This document shows positions 51,500 to 62,530 of a stretch of DNA of 64,000 bases, in pieces; position 1 is the stretch's first letter, and each line of letters starts with the position of its first letter. The translations under genes were made by a program, and so were the position numbers. The notes under the pieces are model-generated. The model made no database searches, had not been told where the DNA came from, and saw only the letters and a program-made list of their open reading frames with translations. Source of the stretch: Squalus acanthias (taxonomy: Eukaryota); NCBI GenBank assembly GCA_030390025.1, contig CM059429.1:145328001-145392000 (forward strand). The letters run 5' to 3'.

Positions 51500-52800
51500 G
51501 TAAGAACAGCTGTGTGTTCTATTGTACAGATGTTATTAAATATAATACCTTTCTAGTAAAATACATGACATTGATTGAAGACTTGATGCTTTAACTGCTG
51601 ATTAGCGTCACTGAACAGCATTCTTTATCTGTTTTTTTTGGTGCTGGGTGAAAGAAAAATGATTATCAAGACAACTGGCAAACTCCCTGCTCTTCTTTGA
51701 ATAGTGTCATGAGACCTTTAATGTCCACCAGAGCAGGGGCTGTGGTTTAATGTCTCATCTAAAGATTGACATCAGCTCCCTCGCTGAAGTGTCAGCCTAG
51801 ATTGTGCGCTCAGGTCCTGCAGAGTGCGCTACCAACTGAGTCAAGCTGACATCCATAAAATCAATTCTTTGTATAATTTCCAAAATATTCTAAAAAAAAT
51901 TATATGCCGCAAGGAGGAAGTAAAAGGGCTTCCTCAGCATTGCTCTCAAGGAAAGCAAAATAATGCTAACTTTGTGTTCAAAATTCAAATGAACTACAAG
52001 CAGAAGACAGCCATCCACACAGATCCAAGCCTTGACATCACATTTTCATAATATCGAATCTGAACCTTAGATACATTTTCAAATCTCAATTATTTCGAAA
52101 CATTGAACTTCTAATCTAAACACTGCCAGTGGAGATCCAATCTCAATCCCAAAAATCCAATTCCAAATGTATACAGCTGCAGAAAAATGAGTTTTTCTTT
52201 ATGTTTACACCACAAATCTTATTGTTTACATGTTTCTTTTTTCTTTCATTTCCTTCTATTTTAATTTTTGCTTTCTTTCTCTCAGTCATTTTTATTTTGT
52301 TTCATTTCTTTATTCACTATTTTTCTTCTCACTTTCTGTGCCCAAGATAACTATGCAGGTCTGCCCTTTGTAGTTTAAGTACCATCCTCCTACCACTAGG
52401 AGATGCTGACACAATTTACAATTATGCGAAAGCAGGTGTCAATTTTGAGTGACGATAAATGGGGCAGCAACTGCTACAGATGTGGAAAGGATTGGAAACA
52501 GCAGAATTAAATAGATACTTTTACACATCAGTTGGTGCATTTTTAGTTTGACCCACATGAAAGTTTGGAGAACTTAAACAACAGATAATGGCCAATAAAG
52601 AATTACGACAATTGTAAGTATAGCTTTAGAGTGAAGAAAATAAAACTTAATTATACCCATAATTTCAGCAGCCAGATGTATGTGTTATGGTTAAAAAAAA
52701 ATCTCCATTAAAGTCAATGTGCTGATAATGAAACAGTGTTATATCAATGTCTGCCTATTGGTGGATAGTCATGTGATGCTTTATCAATAACTCTTCACAG

Positions 52801-52901
52801 ATAATAACAGTAATACATGGGCAATAGTACTAAGAGTCGCTATCCTTGCTGTGGCAACAATGATTGGGATGGCAGCATTTATTTTATATTTCAGACTTCA
52901 T
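52801..52901 (+). CDS. IgSF receptor, transmembrane exon
   Basis: CTCTTCACAG acceptor, GTAAGT donor; DNNSNTWAIVLRVAILAVATMIGMAAFILYFRLH, phase 1 to phase 0. Confidence 0.85.
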
Positions 52902-53727
52902 GTAAGTACTCTGATTTATTGTCATTTTATGAAATATGTGGTGTTGCTGGGTCAGTAGATTTCTTCCAGGACCAGTGGGCACTGCATGGAATTTTAACTT
53001 ATACTATTTTAAATTAATTTATTTAATTTTTGCTTTAAAAATAATAGCTCAGACATGCCAAATCCCTCCCCCAGGTTTTTTTTTTGTGGTGTTGCATCTT
53101 TAAGGGGAGATATTTGTTTATATTCCATTGGGATTAGGTTCTCCTAACCCCACAAATTCACCAGCCTACTTAAAATAGGATGTGTGCTCTCTATATATCT
53201 GGTCGCTGGCGATGGGATGAATGACCCCAGGTATGAAAAGCATCCCTATTCTCCCGTAAGAAATAATTCACCATACTGAATAACATCTTCAAAAGTGAAC
53301 TGGATCAATATCTAGTCATAAAATGTAGAATACAATTAGCCATCCTAGAATTATGTTGTGTATTATAGCATTAGATAGTGTTTTGGGGCTTGTCCTTCTT
53401 TGATATTTTGTGGGTGGTTATTATTTCATCAGGAGATTAAACAAACTAGAGAAAGCCCATGATAATGTCAATTGTACCCAATGGAACATCTTTTGATACC
53501 TGAATGGCCTTTTTATCATTTTGTTCTTTGCGAGGTATATATTCCTCCATTCGCTAAAATTAGTGAAAAAGTCATGCGAGTATGTGATGAAACCTACTCT
53601 AAAATCAATAACCTTTTTGATAAAATTAGCAAACAGAGGAAAGTATATCCCATTTGTTCATACATGCTTAATTTATAATCTTTGATTGTAGAGGATGTTC
53701 AGAATTCCAAATAAAGAATTAACTTTA

Positions 53728-54180
53728 GCATTTATATAGCACCTTTCAAGACCTCAGGATGTCTCAAAGCACTTTACAGCCAATTAAGTACTTTTGTAGT
53801 GTAGTCTCTGTTGCAATGTAGAAAACGTGGCAGCCAATTTGCTCACAGCAAGGTCCCACAAACAGCAACGAGATAGTGACCAGATAATCTGTTTTAGTGA
53901 TGTTGGTTGAGGGATAAATATTGACCAAGACACTGAGAGAAATCTCGTTCTCTTCTTTGAATAGAGTTGTGGGATCTTTTACGTCCACCTGAGAGAACAG
54001 ATGGCGCCTTGGTTTAACGTCTCATCCGAAAGACGGCACCTCTAATAGTGCAGCACTCCCTCAGTACTGCACTGGAGTGTCAGCCTAGATTATATGCTCA
54101 GGTCTCTAGAAAGGTGCTTGAACCCATGAACTTCTGATTCAGAGGTGAGACTGCTTCCACTGACCCAAGGCTGACCCCTA
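53728..54180 (-). mobile_element. Near full-length Deu-domain SINE (SacSINE1-like)
   Basis: tRNA-like head near 54110-54180, Deu core, 3' tail. Further partial copies at ~46560-46740, 48070-48180, 51680-51850, 54387-54560, 60060-60340, 60665-60720. Confidence 0.8.
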
Positions 54181-54822
54181 ATAAACAAGAGAGAGATAAC
54201 AAACCCATTTTCCCAGGACAGATCTATTCTTGTACAAGTTTTCATAACTACCATTTTGATTATTGTCCCAGGTAACTTCTGCTCTAAAATAGACACTCAT
54301 TGTAAAAACAAAGGATGACTCTTCACATAGTTAATGGACCATAATTTGATGTAGCAGGGCATCTGACAGCGTCTGCTATTAGTTACACTTGCATTTATAT
54401 AGCACCTTTTACAATGTCAGCACGTCCCAAAGTGCTTTACAGCCAATGAAGTACTTTTTGAAGTGTAGCCACTGTTGTAATGTAGGAAATGTGGCAGCCA
54501 ATTTGCACACAGCAAGGTCCCACAAACAGCAATGTGATAATGACCAGATAATCTGTCATTATCTGATTCGCTGTGGAGCAGCCCAAGTCTCTGAGGCTAC
54601 AGTGGTGTCAGCCATGTAGGTAAAGGTATTAAAGGAGATGAAAGTGGATGGAGGCCTGCTCTTTATTTATTTAATTTCCCTGAAAGAGGATAATTAGAGG
54701 CCTGCAGGAGTAAGAATCAAAGTCTGCTGCGGGATGTTAGGGCTGGATTTTGCTGGCGCTCAGAGGACGGGTTTGGAGGCGGGTCAGCTGTCAAAATAGC
54801 AAAGATCCGACAGCGGGTAGAA

Positions 54823-55981
54823 ATGGGTACGGTTTACACTCTCTCACCTTGGTCCTCAGAATCTGACTACGAAGAGCCCCAACACCAGCAGAACCAGGCA
54901 CCCCAGCAGCAACAGCAACAGCGACAACCTTCTCCTCAATCACCTGATGCTGCACAGGGCAAAGATCATCAGCGCAGGGCTGCATCACATCGCAGGAGAT
55001 ACCCCCAACACAGGGTTTACAGGCCGAGGACGAGCTTCCTCAACATGACATGGCGAACATTTGCAGATTGCTGGAGCAAGAGCTGCAGCTCAGAAGACCC
55101 CTTACCAGTAGCTGTGAAAGTCATCCTTGTCCTCAACTTCTTCGCCTCATGCTCCTTCCAGGCATCTGCAGCAGACATTTGCGGCATCTTGCAGTCGGCT
55201 GCCCACAGATGCATTACGCAGGTGACCGATGCCCTATTTGACAAGTCAGCAAATTATATAAACTTTGCCACTGATGAAGCCAGTGCTGCTGAGCACGCGG
55301 TTGGCTTGCGGCTCTGGCTGGATTCCCACGAGTGCAGGGCGTCATTGACTTCACACATGTGGCCATCAGGGCACCCCATCATAACCCAGCAGTGTTTATC
55401 AACCGCAAGGGCTTCCACTCCCTCAATGTGCAGCTTGTCTGCAACCACAGGAAGATCATTGTCCATGTGTGTGCCAGGTTCCCTGGGAGCTGCCATGACA
55501 CCTACATCCTGCGCCAGTCCACCATCCCTCAGCTCTTCAGACCTCCAGTGTTTCCGGCTGGCTGCTTGGCGACAAGGACTATCCATTAAAGACGTGGCTC
55601 GTGACACCTTTGAGGAGGACAACAAACGATGCTGAGGAACATTACAATCAAAGCCTCATCTGCACCAAAAGTGTCATAGAGCAAACAATAGGCATGCTGA
55701 AAACGTGCTTCAGATGCCTGGACAGATCGGGAGGAGCCCTGCAGTACACACCAGCCAGGGTCTCCAGCGCCCTGCACAACATAGCGCAGCAGCAAGGATT
55801 AGCGATACAGGAGGAAGAAGGTGCAGAGCGCACAGCCACTTCGGAGGAGGACGACGATGATGAGTTTGAATATGAGGATGATGAAGACCTTGAGCAGCCG
55901 CCAGTACCAATGCCACCAGTACATGACCACACTGCTGCCCATGAGGCCAGGAATCACCTCATCATGGCCAGATTTAGTTAA
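54823..55981 (+). pseudogene. Harbinger DDE transposase (HARBI1-like), frameshifted
   Basis: [52 protein letters not shown]. Confidence 0.9.
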
Positions 55982-56174
55982 GTTCATGCAAAAAAGACAT
56001 GTGGCTGCCACATTGGCATCAGACCACATCAACGCCATTAACCACTTCCAAGTGTCAACACACATTTGCCAAGAACCACAAAGTTCACGCATGTAAAGGT
56101 TTAATGGACAAAATCACTAACAGAAACTTGTCCATAACATTGAAAGAAACACCCAAGTGACTAGCCTTGTGATT

Positions 56175-58053
56175 CTATTTGTGTGGCATCTTTCCTTTCC
56201 GCGTGCTTCTACGTGGTGCAACCCCTGTGGCTTCAGCAGAGGTAGAGGCAGCCTGCTCACTTCCGTGCTGCATATGCTTAGACGCCTTTGGCTGTCGTCC
56301 TCTGGGTTTTGGAGCCTGTGTGGGCCCCGCCAAAGTGTGCTCCTCCTGCGACTGTGCAGTGGCAGACTCGGCCCATCGCTGTCCGTGGAGGCATCTGGGG
56401 CGCTGACTGAGGGGTAGGCAAGGGGTTTGAAATGTGAGCGCTTGGAGAGGAGCCCCACTTGCATGTGCCCTCCCACCATCATCCCTCCCATAGGTCACCT
56501 GCACTTCTCTGCTAGAAAGTAGCTGGAGAGCACCTTGCTGCACCTCAGTGGGGCCATGAGGACCCATGTCGATGTTGACATTCCTCCTCGCAAGGACGTC
56601 TATGAGCCTTTGGTTTCTCTTCTCAATAGATGTCCATCTATTTTGAATTGAGATCATGTGCTCAAGCGACTGGCACATTATGTTCTCCATGCAGGTTGCC
56701 ATCCTATCTAAGGAGGAAACAACGGTCGCAAGTGCATGCGCCACGGTGTTGGCCATGCTTGAGATGGACTCCTCCATTCTCTGCACACTCGCAGTCACCG
56801 CGGTTGCAAAACCTGTCAGAGCTTCCTACACTTGTTGCTCCAGCTCCAGGACCGCCCTCTTTCTCGATGGCCCCCAAGGCTCAGCTTCCACATGCAGCTG
56901 CGCAGAGCGAGGAGACTCCTGCGCCCTCCAGCAAGGAGTCTCCACTGCTGTCCCTGTCTCCACCATCTCCTCTTGCTCACTTGTGACTTGTGAGACACCA
57001 GGTGACAACATTACTCTATCTCACGTACGACCCACTGAGGTGTGCGTATCTGCGCTAGTGCTGGCTTGCCTTGTCAGAGGTGATGCTGCGCCCTCAAAGG
57101 CTGGAGCCTCCTCTGAGGAGTCCTCTTGATGTTCCTCATGGCCATTGGGGGTGGGGGGGCTCTTGATGGACCTGTGGGAGAGTAAAGACATCAGTTAGAT
57201 AAATGATATGTCCAGTGCATATAGATACCATTATGCACATTATGAGCAATCAATTCCTGTTGACATCAGCCCTAATATGAGTGACTGATGAATGACATGT
57301 AGGTGTATGGAAAATGATTCTGTCACCAGGTTGTTCTGATGAGCCCCTCTCTCCGTCCCCCACTTCCGGCTGATCCACCGCTCCAGTAATCTCCAGGGCA
57401 GCCTCCTCTGCAAGAGTCAAAATGGCCAGTGATTGAGGCTACCTCCCGTTCTCCCCTTGTTGTGGGCTCTCTTCTCCTGCAAGGAGGGAAAGAAGAGGTT
57501 GCGTGAGAGTGATGAAATGAGTGTAATGAATGGATGTGTTAGATCTTTATAGGGAAACTATAATGGAGGGGGGTGGATGTAACAAGTTGCCTCCTTTAGT
57601 GTTGCTAGCTGGCGTCATTACATTAGGATGAGGGTGAGTGTTCGGGGTGCATAGTAAGATGGGTATGCAGTAATGTAGCTAGAGAGGGATAGCTGAAGGT
57701 GTAAGGGATGTTGCATTGAGTTGCACTGTGCAGGAGTAGGGTTGGGAATGCTGAGTGATGGGGAAGTGATAACAGACACAGAAGTATGAAGGTAAGTGTG
57801 GCTTTATACTCACTTTTCCAGATCGTAGAAGATCATGAAAACACTTGCGGCACTGAACCCAGGTCCTCATCACCACACACCTGCCCGTTACCTCCTCAGT
57901 TATTTGCAGCCAGGCTGCCTTGGTCTGCTGGGGTGGTCTCTTCCAACCACTGGCAGGGAAGAGAACCTCCCTGCGTGCTCTGACTCCCTCCACAAGAACA
58001 TGGAGGGAGTCATTACTGAATCGAGGTGCAGCCCTCTGCCTTTGTGAGCTCAT
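56175..58053 (-). pseudogene. Harbinger Myb/SANT (trihelix) DNA-binding gene, three exons (58053-57814, 57476-57327, 57171-56175)
   Basis: APRFSNDSL..LVEGV...AWLQI...RTWVQCRKCFHDL; GT/AG sites visible; small frameshifts. Confidence 0.85.
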
Positions 58054-58402
58054 TTTTGGAGTTGAACAAGCTATCTCAGCAATGGTCGTTTCAAATTCAG
58101 GAAGTGGAATAAAGAGAGGCCATGGGCCCTTTAAATAAACCGGCAAGAGAAGCGTCAGCGCTGACGTCACCTAACCCGCACTTTCAAATAGGGTCGGGGA
58201 ACGTGACGGGCGGGCTTAGCAAGGCCCATTAACATAAAATCCTTTTTTTCGGTGGGCTTCAGTAGGCAGCAGGACCATATCCCGACAACGACCTCTCCCG
58301 CCCTGAACCCGCCTCGGCCGGCAAAATCATGATCTTAGAGTGGGTTGGAGCAGAGAGGATCTGGCCACGCTATTGGAACCAGCAACCAGCAAATATGGCT
58401 AT

Positions 58403-59467
58403 TATCTGCTTTTTTTAAATCACTTCCTCTCCAGGTCCAAGCACCCAGCCTATGCTCAGCTTCCCTCTGACAGCTATCTGAAACTCTGGAGCCCTCTGTA
58501 TAAGGGCCTGTATTCACACCACTCCACACCAGGCTCAGTGCATTAATATATTACCAAGCTGTCCACAATTTCACATAAGTACATTAAGGAGGTCGGGGGA
58601 GAAGGGAAAGGGGAGGAAGAAGAGATGGGGAGTGAGGAGGGGGTGAGAAAAGGGATAAGGAGTAGAGGATGGGGAAAGGGGAGAAGGGAAGAGGATCAGG
58701 AGTGGGGCAGAAGATGGGGTAAAAGAGATAGTCAAAAGAAAAGATGGAACTCAAAATGAATTGAACACTGTAAACCTCTATACAGTCGTTAGGATAATTC
58801 TTGATCCTACTATAAACATCTGGTAGCAGCATTGCAGGTGCCTGGAGAGATCAGGGGACATATTACAGTGCAACCTGGCCTGAATCTCAAAGGTTATTGT
58901 TGTCTACTGCATGCTTCACAACTTTACTATTCAGACAGGCCTAACAATGGAGATGGAGGTGGTCAATGGCCACCAGAAGACATCTCGACTGAAAGATGTT
59001 CACAGACAGGAAAAGTTAAACAAGAGGCTATCACAGATAAGACCTTCACCTGTGCCTGAACCACCCAATGCAATGTGGATATCTCACCCAAAGTCATGAA
59101 GTTCAGTCTGGGACCTAATTTTAATCAATATGCAAGATTAACAAGGCTCATGCTTGCCTGTAGCATAGCCTCATTCTGTCCCTCAAAATTGACCATTGCA
59201 AATGGCAGCATGCAATGATTCAGGCATGCAGGGTCATGCACCTAGTGTAACATCCCAAGCCCTTCACCAATTGTGTCTCCAAAAAATCAGGGTTACTATC
59301 TGCTTTTTTAAAATCACTTCCTCTCCAGGTCCAAGCACCCAGCCTATGCTCAGCTTCCCTCTGACAGCTATCTGAAACTCTGGAGCCCTCTGTATAAGGG
59401 CCTGTATTCACACCACTCCACACCAGGCTCAGTGCAATATATTACCAAGCTGTCCACAATTTCACAT
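58403..59467 (+). repeat. Near-identical direct repeat, 58403-58576 and 59297-59467
   Basis: 174/171-bp copies 894 bp apart, differing mainly by a 3-bp indel. Confidence 0.92.
58935..59099 (+). CDS. Candidate cytoplasmic/terminal exon of the IgSF receptor (one of several)
   Basis: TTTACTATTCAG acceptor; phase-0 frame open for 54 codons (TGLTMEMEVVNGHQK...HPKS*). Alternatives at 53433-53462 and 59506-59640. Confidence 0.3.
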   Translation, partial: TGLTMEMEVVNGHQKTSRLKDVHRQEKLNKRLSQIRPSPVPEPPNAMWISHPKS

Positions 59468-61084
59468 TTCTATAATCAATCATCTGACATGTTCCTCATT
59501 TCTAGGATATTGATGATGAATTTGAACCAACTTCCCTGTGCCAAGTGAAAAAACATCAACAGTTACAAACAAAACTCATTAAAGCAACAAGTGCCAGGAA
59601 ACAGGGCCTTGAGGTCCACAGCAGTCTAATTGGGAAATAAGGTTACAATTTTGGTGTTTCCAACTTAACATAAGCATACTTTACAGTACTTGTATGATTT
59701 ATCTTACTTCCACTGGAAACTTGTCTGCAGACAAAGCTGATTGCTCGTGATCAAAACGTGAACCTTCATTTATATTATTCACAGATTCTTTTGAATCACT
59801 ATTGTGGCCAGACTGCTATTCATTTTTGTTTTTCACCATAAGCTGTTCATTGTGTTCTAGAGGTAACAGATGTCAATTTGAGAGACTGGGCACCCTACAC
59901 TTTATTTCAATAAAGGAACAAAATTCTGTGTGATATGCTTGCTGGAGAAGCTCAGCCAACTCGGATTCATATATAATCCTATTGCACCACCTGACTCATC
60001 CTGCAATTTACAGATTTTTATTTTTAAGGGTGTAAGTGTGGCAGGGGGCAGTTTGGGACTTTCACGACCTCAGGACGTCCCAAAGCACTTTACAGGCAAT
60101 GAAGTACTTTTGAAGTGTAATCGCTGTTATAATGTAGGAAATGTGGCAGCCAATTTGCGCACAGCAAGCTCCCACAAACAATGTGATAATGACCAGATAA
60201 CCTGTTTTAGTGATGTTAGTTGAGGGATAAATATTGGCCAGGACACTGGGGAGAACTCCCCTGCTCTTCTTCAAAATAGTGCCATGGGATCTTTTACATC
60301 CACCCAAGAGGGCAGATGGAGCCTCGGTTTAATGTCTCATACTAAACCACTAATATTACGTTATTGACAGGTGAATTTGTCAATAACTCATGGAACATTT
60401 TGAATGGCATGGCATCAGTTCTCTAAATCTATCCCCTGCAATGATTGGACATCAGGAAATGCATGGCCAGGGCTATAGGATGCTGCTGGGAAAATGCCCA
60501 AACCTCATAATGAACATATGCATTACACAAATAGGGAGCTGAATTGTATTAATACAAACAGATGCATTTGACATAAGGACACCAATGTCTTAATAGGGGT
60601 TGTTTCTGTGTTGAGAGTCACAAATATTTAAGCTGTATTGTCATACTGTAGATGGTTTAGAAAGAAAGACTTGAATTTATTTAGCGCCTTTCATGACCTC
60701 GGAACGTCCCAAAGTGCTTCATGAAATAGCCATTTAGAATAAGAAAAGACCTGCACAGCCGCCCTATGTAGTGTGGAAAGTAAGAGGCAGGCTTTGTGCT
60801 CTACGCTATCTCTGCAGTACCATTACAATTAGAACTGAGCTTACAGATATGTAGGAATTGTAACTGTTTAAACATAATTAATCGTGTTTCCATGTTCATT
60901 TTCTGGTGTGTGTATATTTTAAAAAGTAGTTTTTCTTAAGTCTATCCTTGTATAGCATTTGGATTGTCATATAATTACTAATACCCTGTAAACTGATTTA
61001 AAAAACAGCTCACCAATGTATAAAGATTAAAATTGATTTAAATTTACTAAAGTCTGAGGTCTTCATGAAGTTTTGTGCACTTCA

Positions 61085-61408
61085 TTCATCAATCACCACT
61101 TGTGGGAGAATCAAAAACTAGGGGTCACAAATTTAAGATAGTCACTAATACATCCAATGAGTAATTCAGGAGAAACTTCTTTACCAGAGAGTGGTTAGAA
61201 TGTGGATCTTGCTACCACATGGAGTAGTTGAGGCAAATAGCATAGATAGGGGAAGCTAGATAAGTACATGAGGGAGAAAGGAATAGAAGGATATGTTGAT
61301 AGGGTGAGATGAAGCAGGGTGGGAGGAGACTCCTGTGGAGCATAAACACCTGCATAGACCTGTTGAGCTGAACGGCCCGTTTCTGTGCTGTAAATTCTAT
61401 GTAATCTC
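61085..61408 (+). mobile_element. CR1 extreme 3' fragment
   Basis: KTRGHKFK...RRNFF and 3' UTR ending TATGTAATC. Confidence 0.75.
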
Positions 61409-61581
61409 CATTTTCCAGCAGTCATTCAGTTAGAGCATGATGCTTTGCGGATTTCCACATGTCTTTGGCAGTGCAGCTTTCTATTCAGCCGACAGTTAAT
61501 GCAGCTTTGACATGCGGGGCTAATCGTGGTGCTTTCTCGTCTTGCATCAGATGAGAGCAGTTAACTACTCCAGTGCCAGGG

Positions 61582-62305
61582 TGCCAGTGCAGCCTTCGGT
61601 CGCCTGAGGAAGAGAGTGTTTGAAGACCAGGACCTCAAACCCGGCACCAAGCTCATGGTCTACAGAGTAGAAGTGATTCCCGCCCTACTTATGCTTTAGA
61701 GACATGGACCATGTACAGCAGGCACCTCAAAGCACTGGAGAGGTACCACCAACGCTGCCTCCGCAAGATCCTGCAAATCCATTGGCAGGATAGGCGCACC
61801 AACGTCAGTGTTCTCGCTCAGGCCAACATCCCCAGCATCGAAGCTTTGACCACGCTCGATCAGCTCCGATGGACGGGCCACATCGTCCACATGCCCGATA
61901 CGAGACTCCCAAAACAAGCGCTCTACTCGGAGCTCCGGCATGGCAGGAAAGCCCCAGGTGAGCAGAGGAAACGCTTCAAGGACACCCTCAAAGCCTCCTT
62001 GAAAAAGTGCAACATCCCCACCGACACCTCGGAATCGCTGGCCCAAGACCGCACAAAGTGGAGGAGAAGCATCCGGGAAGGCGCCAAACACCTTGAGTCT
62101 CTTCGCCGGGAGCAAGTGGAAGCCAAGCGTAAACAGCGGAAGGTGCGCACGTCAACCCAAGCACCCCACCCACCTGCCCCTTCAACCACCGTCTGCCCCA
62201 CCTGTGACAGAGACTGTAGGTCCCACAGTGGACTCATCAGTCACCTGCGAACTCATTTTTAGTGTGGAAGCAAGTCATCCTCGGTTCCAAGGGACTGCCT
62301 AAGAG
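61582..62305 (+). mobile_element. RTE-clade LINE 3' fragment
   Basis: Highly similar to 31455-32180. Confidence 0.9.
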
Positions 62306-62493
62306 ACAGCGCGGTCCTCCAGTAATTCTACCACTTACTGAATAGAGAGAGACGTGTTCAAAATTCAGCCGGAGCAGTCAGAGATCCCAATGTCTCACCT
62401 GCAGCTTCCGACTCCATCACTGGAGGAAACAGGGCCTCCCCCTTTTCCCAGCTTTACCCTGGCCTTAAATCTATTTGATTTCCGGCTCTTCCC

Positions 62494-62530
62494 AGTTCTG
62501 ATGAAAGGTCATCGACCTGAAACGTTAACT
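62494..62530 (+). ncRNA. Minimal type I hammerhead ribozyme motif with canonical core, in Penelope-type repeat (~62480-62590)
   Basis: AGUU-CUGAUGA-A-AGGUC AUC GACCU-GAAA-CG-UU-AACU. Confidence 0.7.

Larger units (their letters stand above)
54740..58334. mobile_element. Full-length decayed PIF/Harbinger DNA transposon
   Basis: TIR GGGCTGGATTTTGCTGGC / GCCGGCAAAATC(ATGATC), TTA on both flanks, convergent transposase and Myb/SANT genes. Confidence 0.9.

Noticed and set aside
54823-55981. Domesticated host HARBI1 gene
   Set aside because: Frameshifted, flanked by TIRs/TSD and paired with a Myb gene, so it is a transposon copy.
58586-58750. Purine-rich tract as a functional element
   Set aside because: Low-complexity G/A sequence with no further support.
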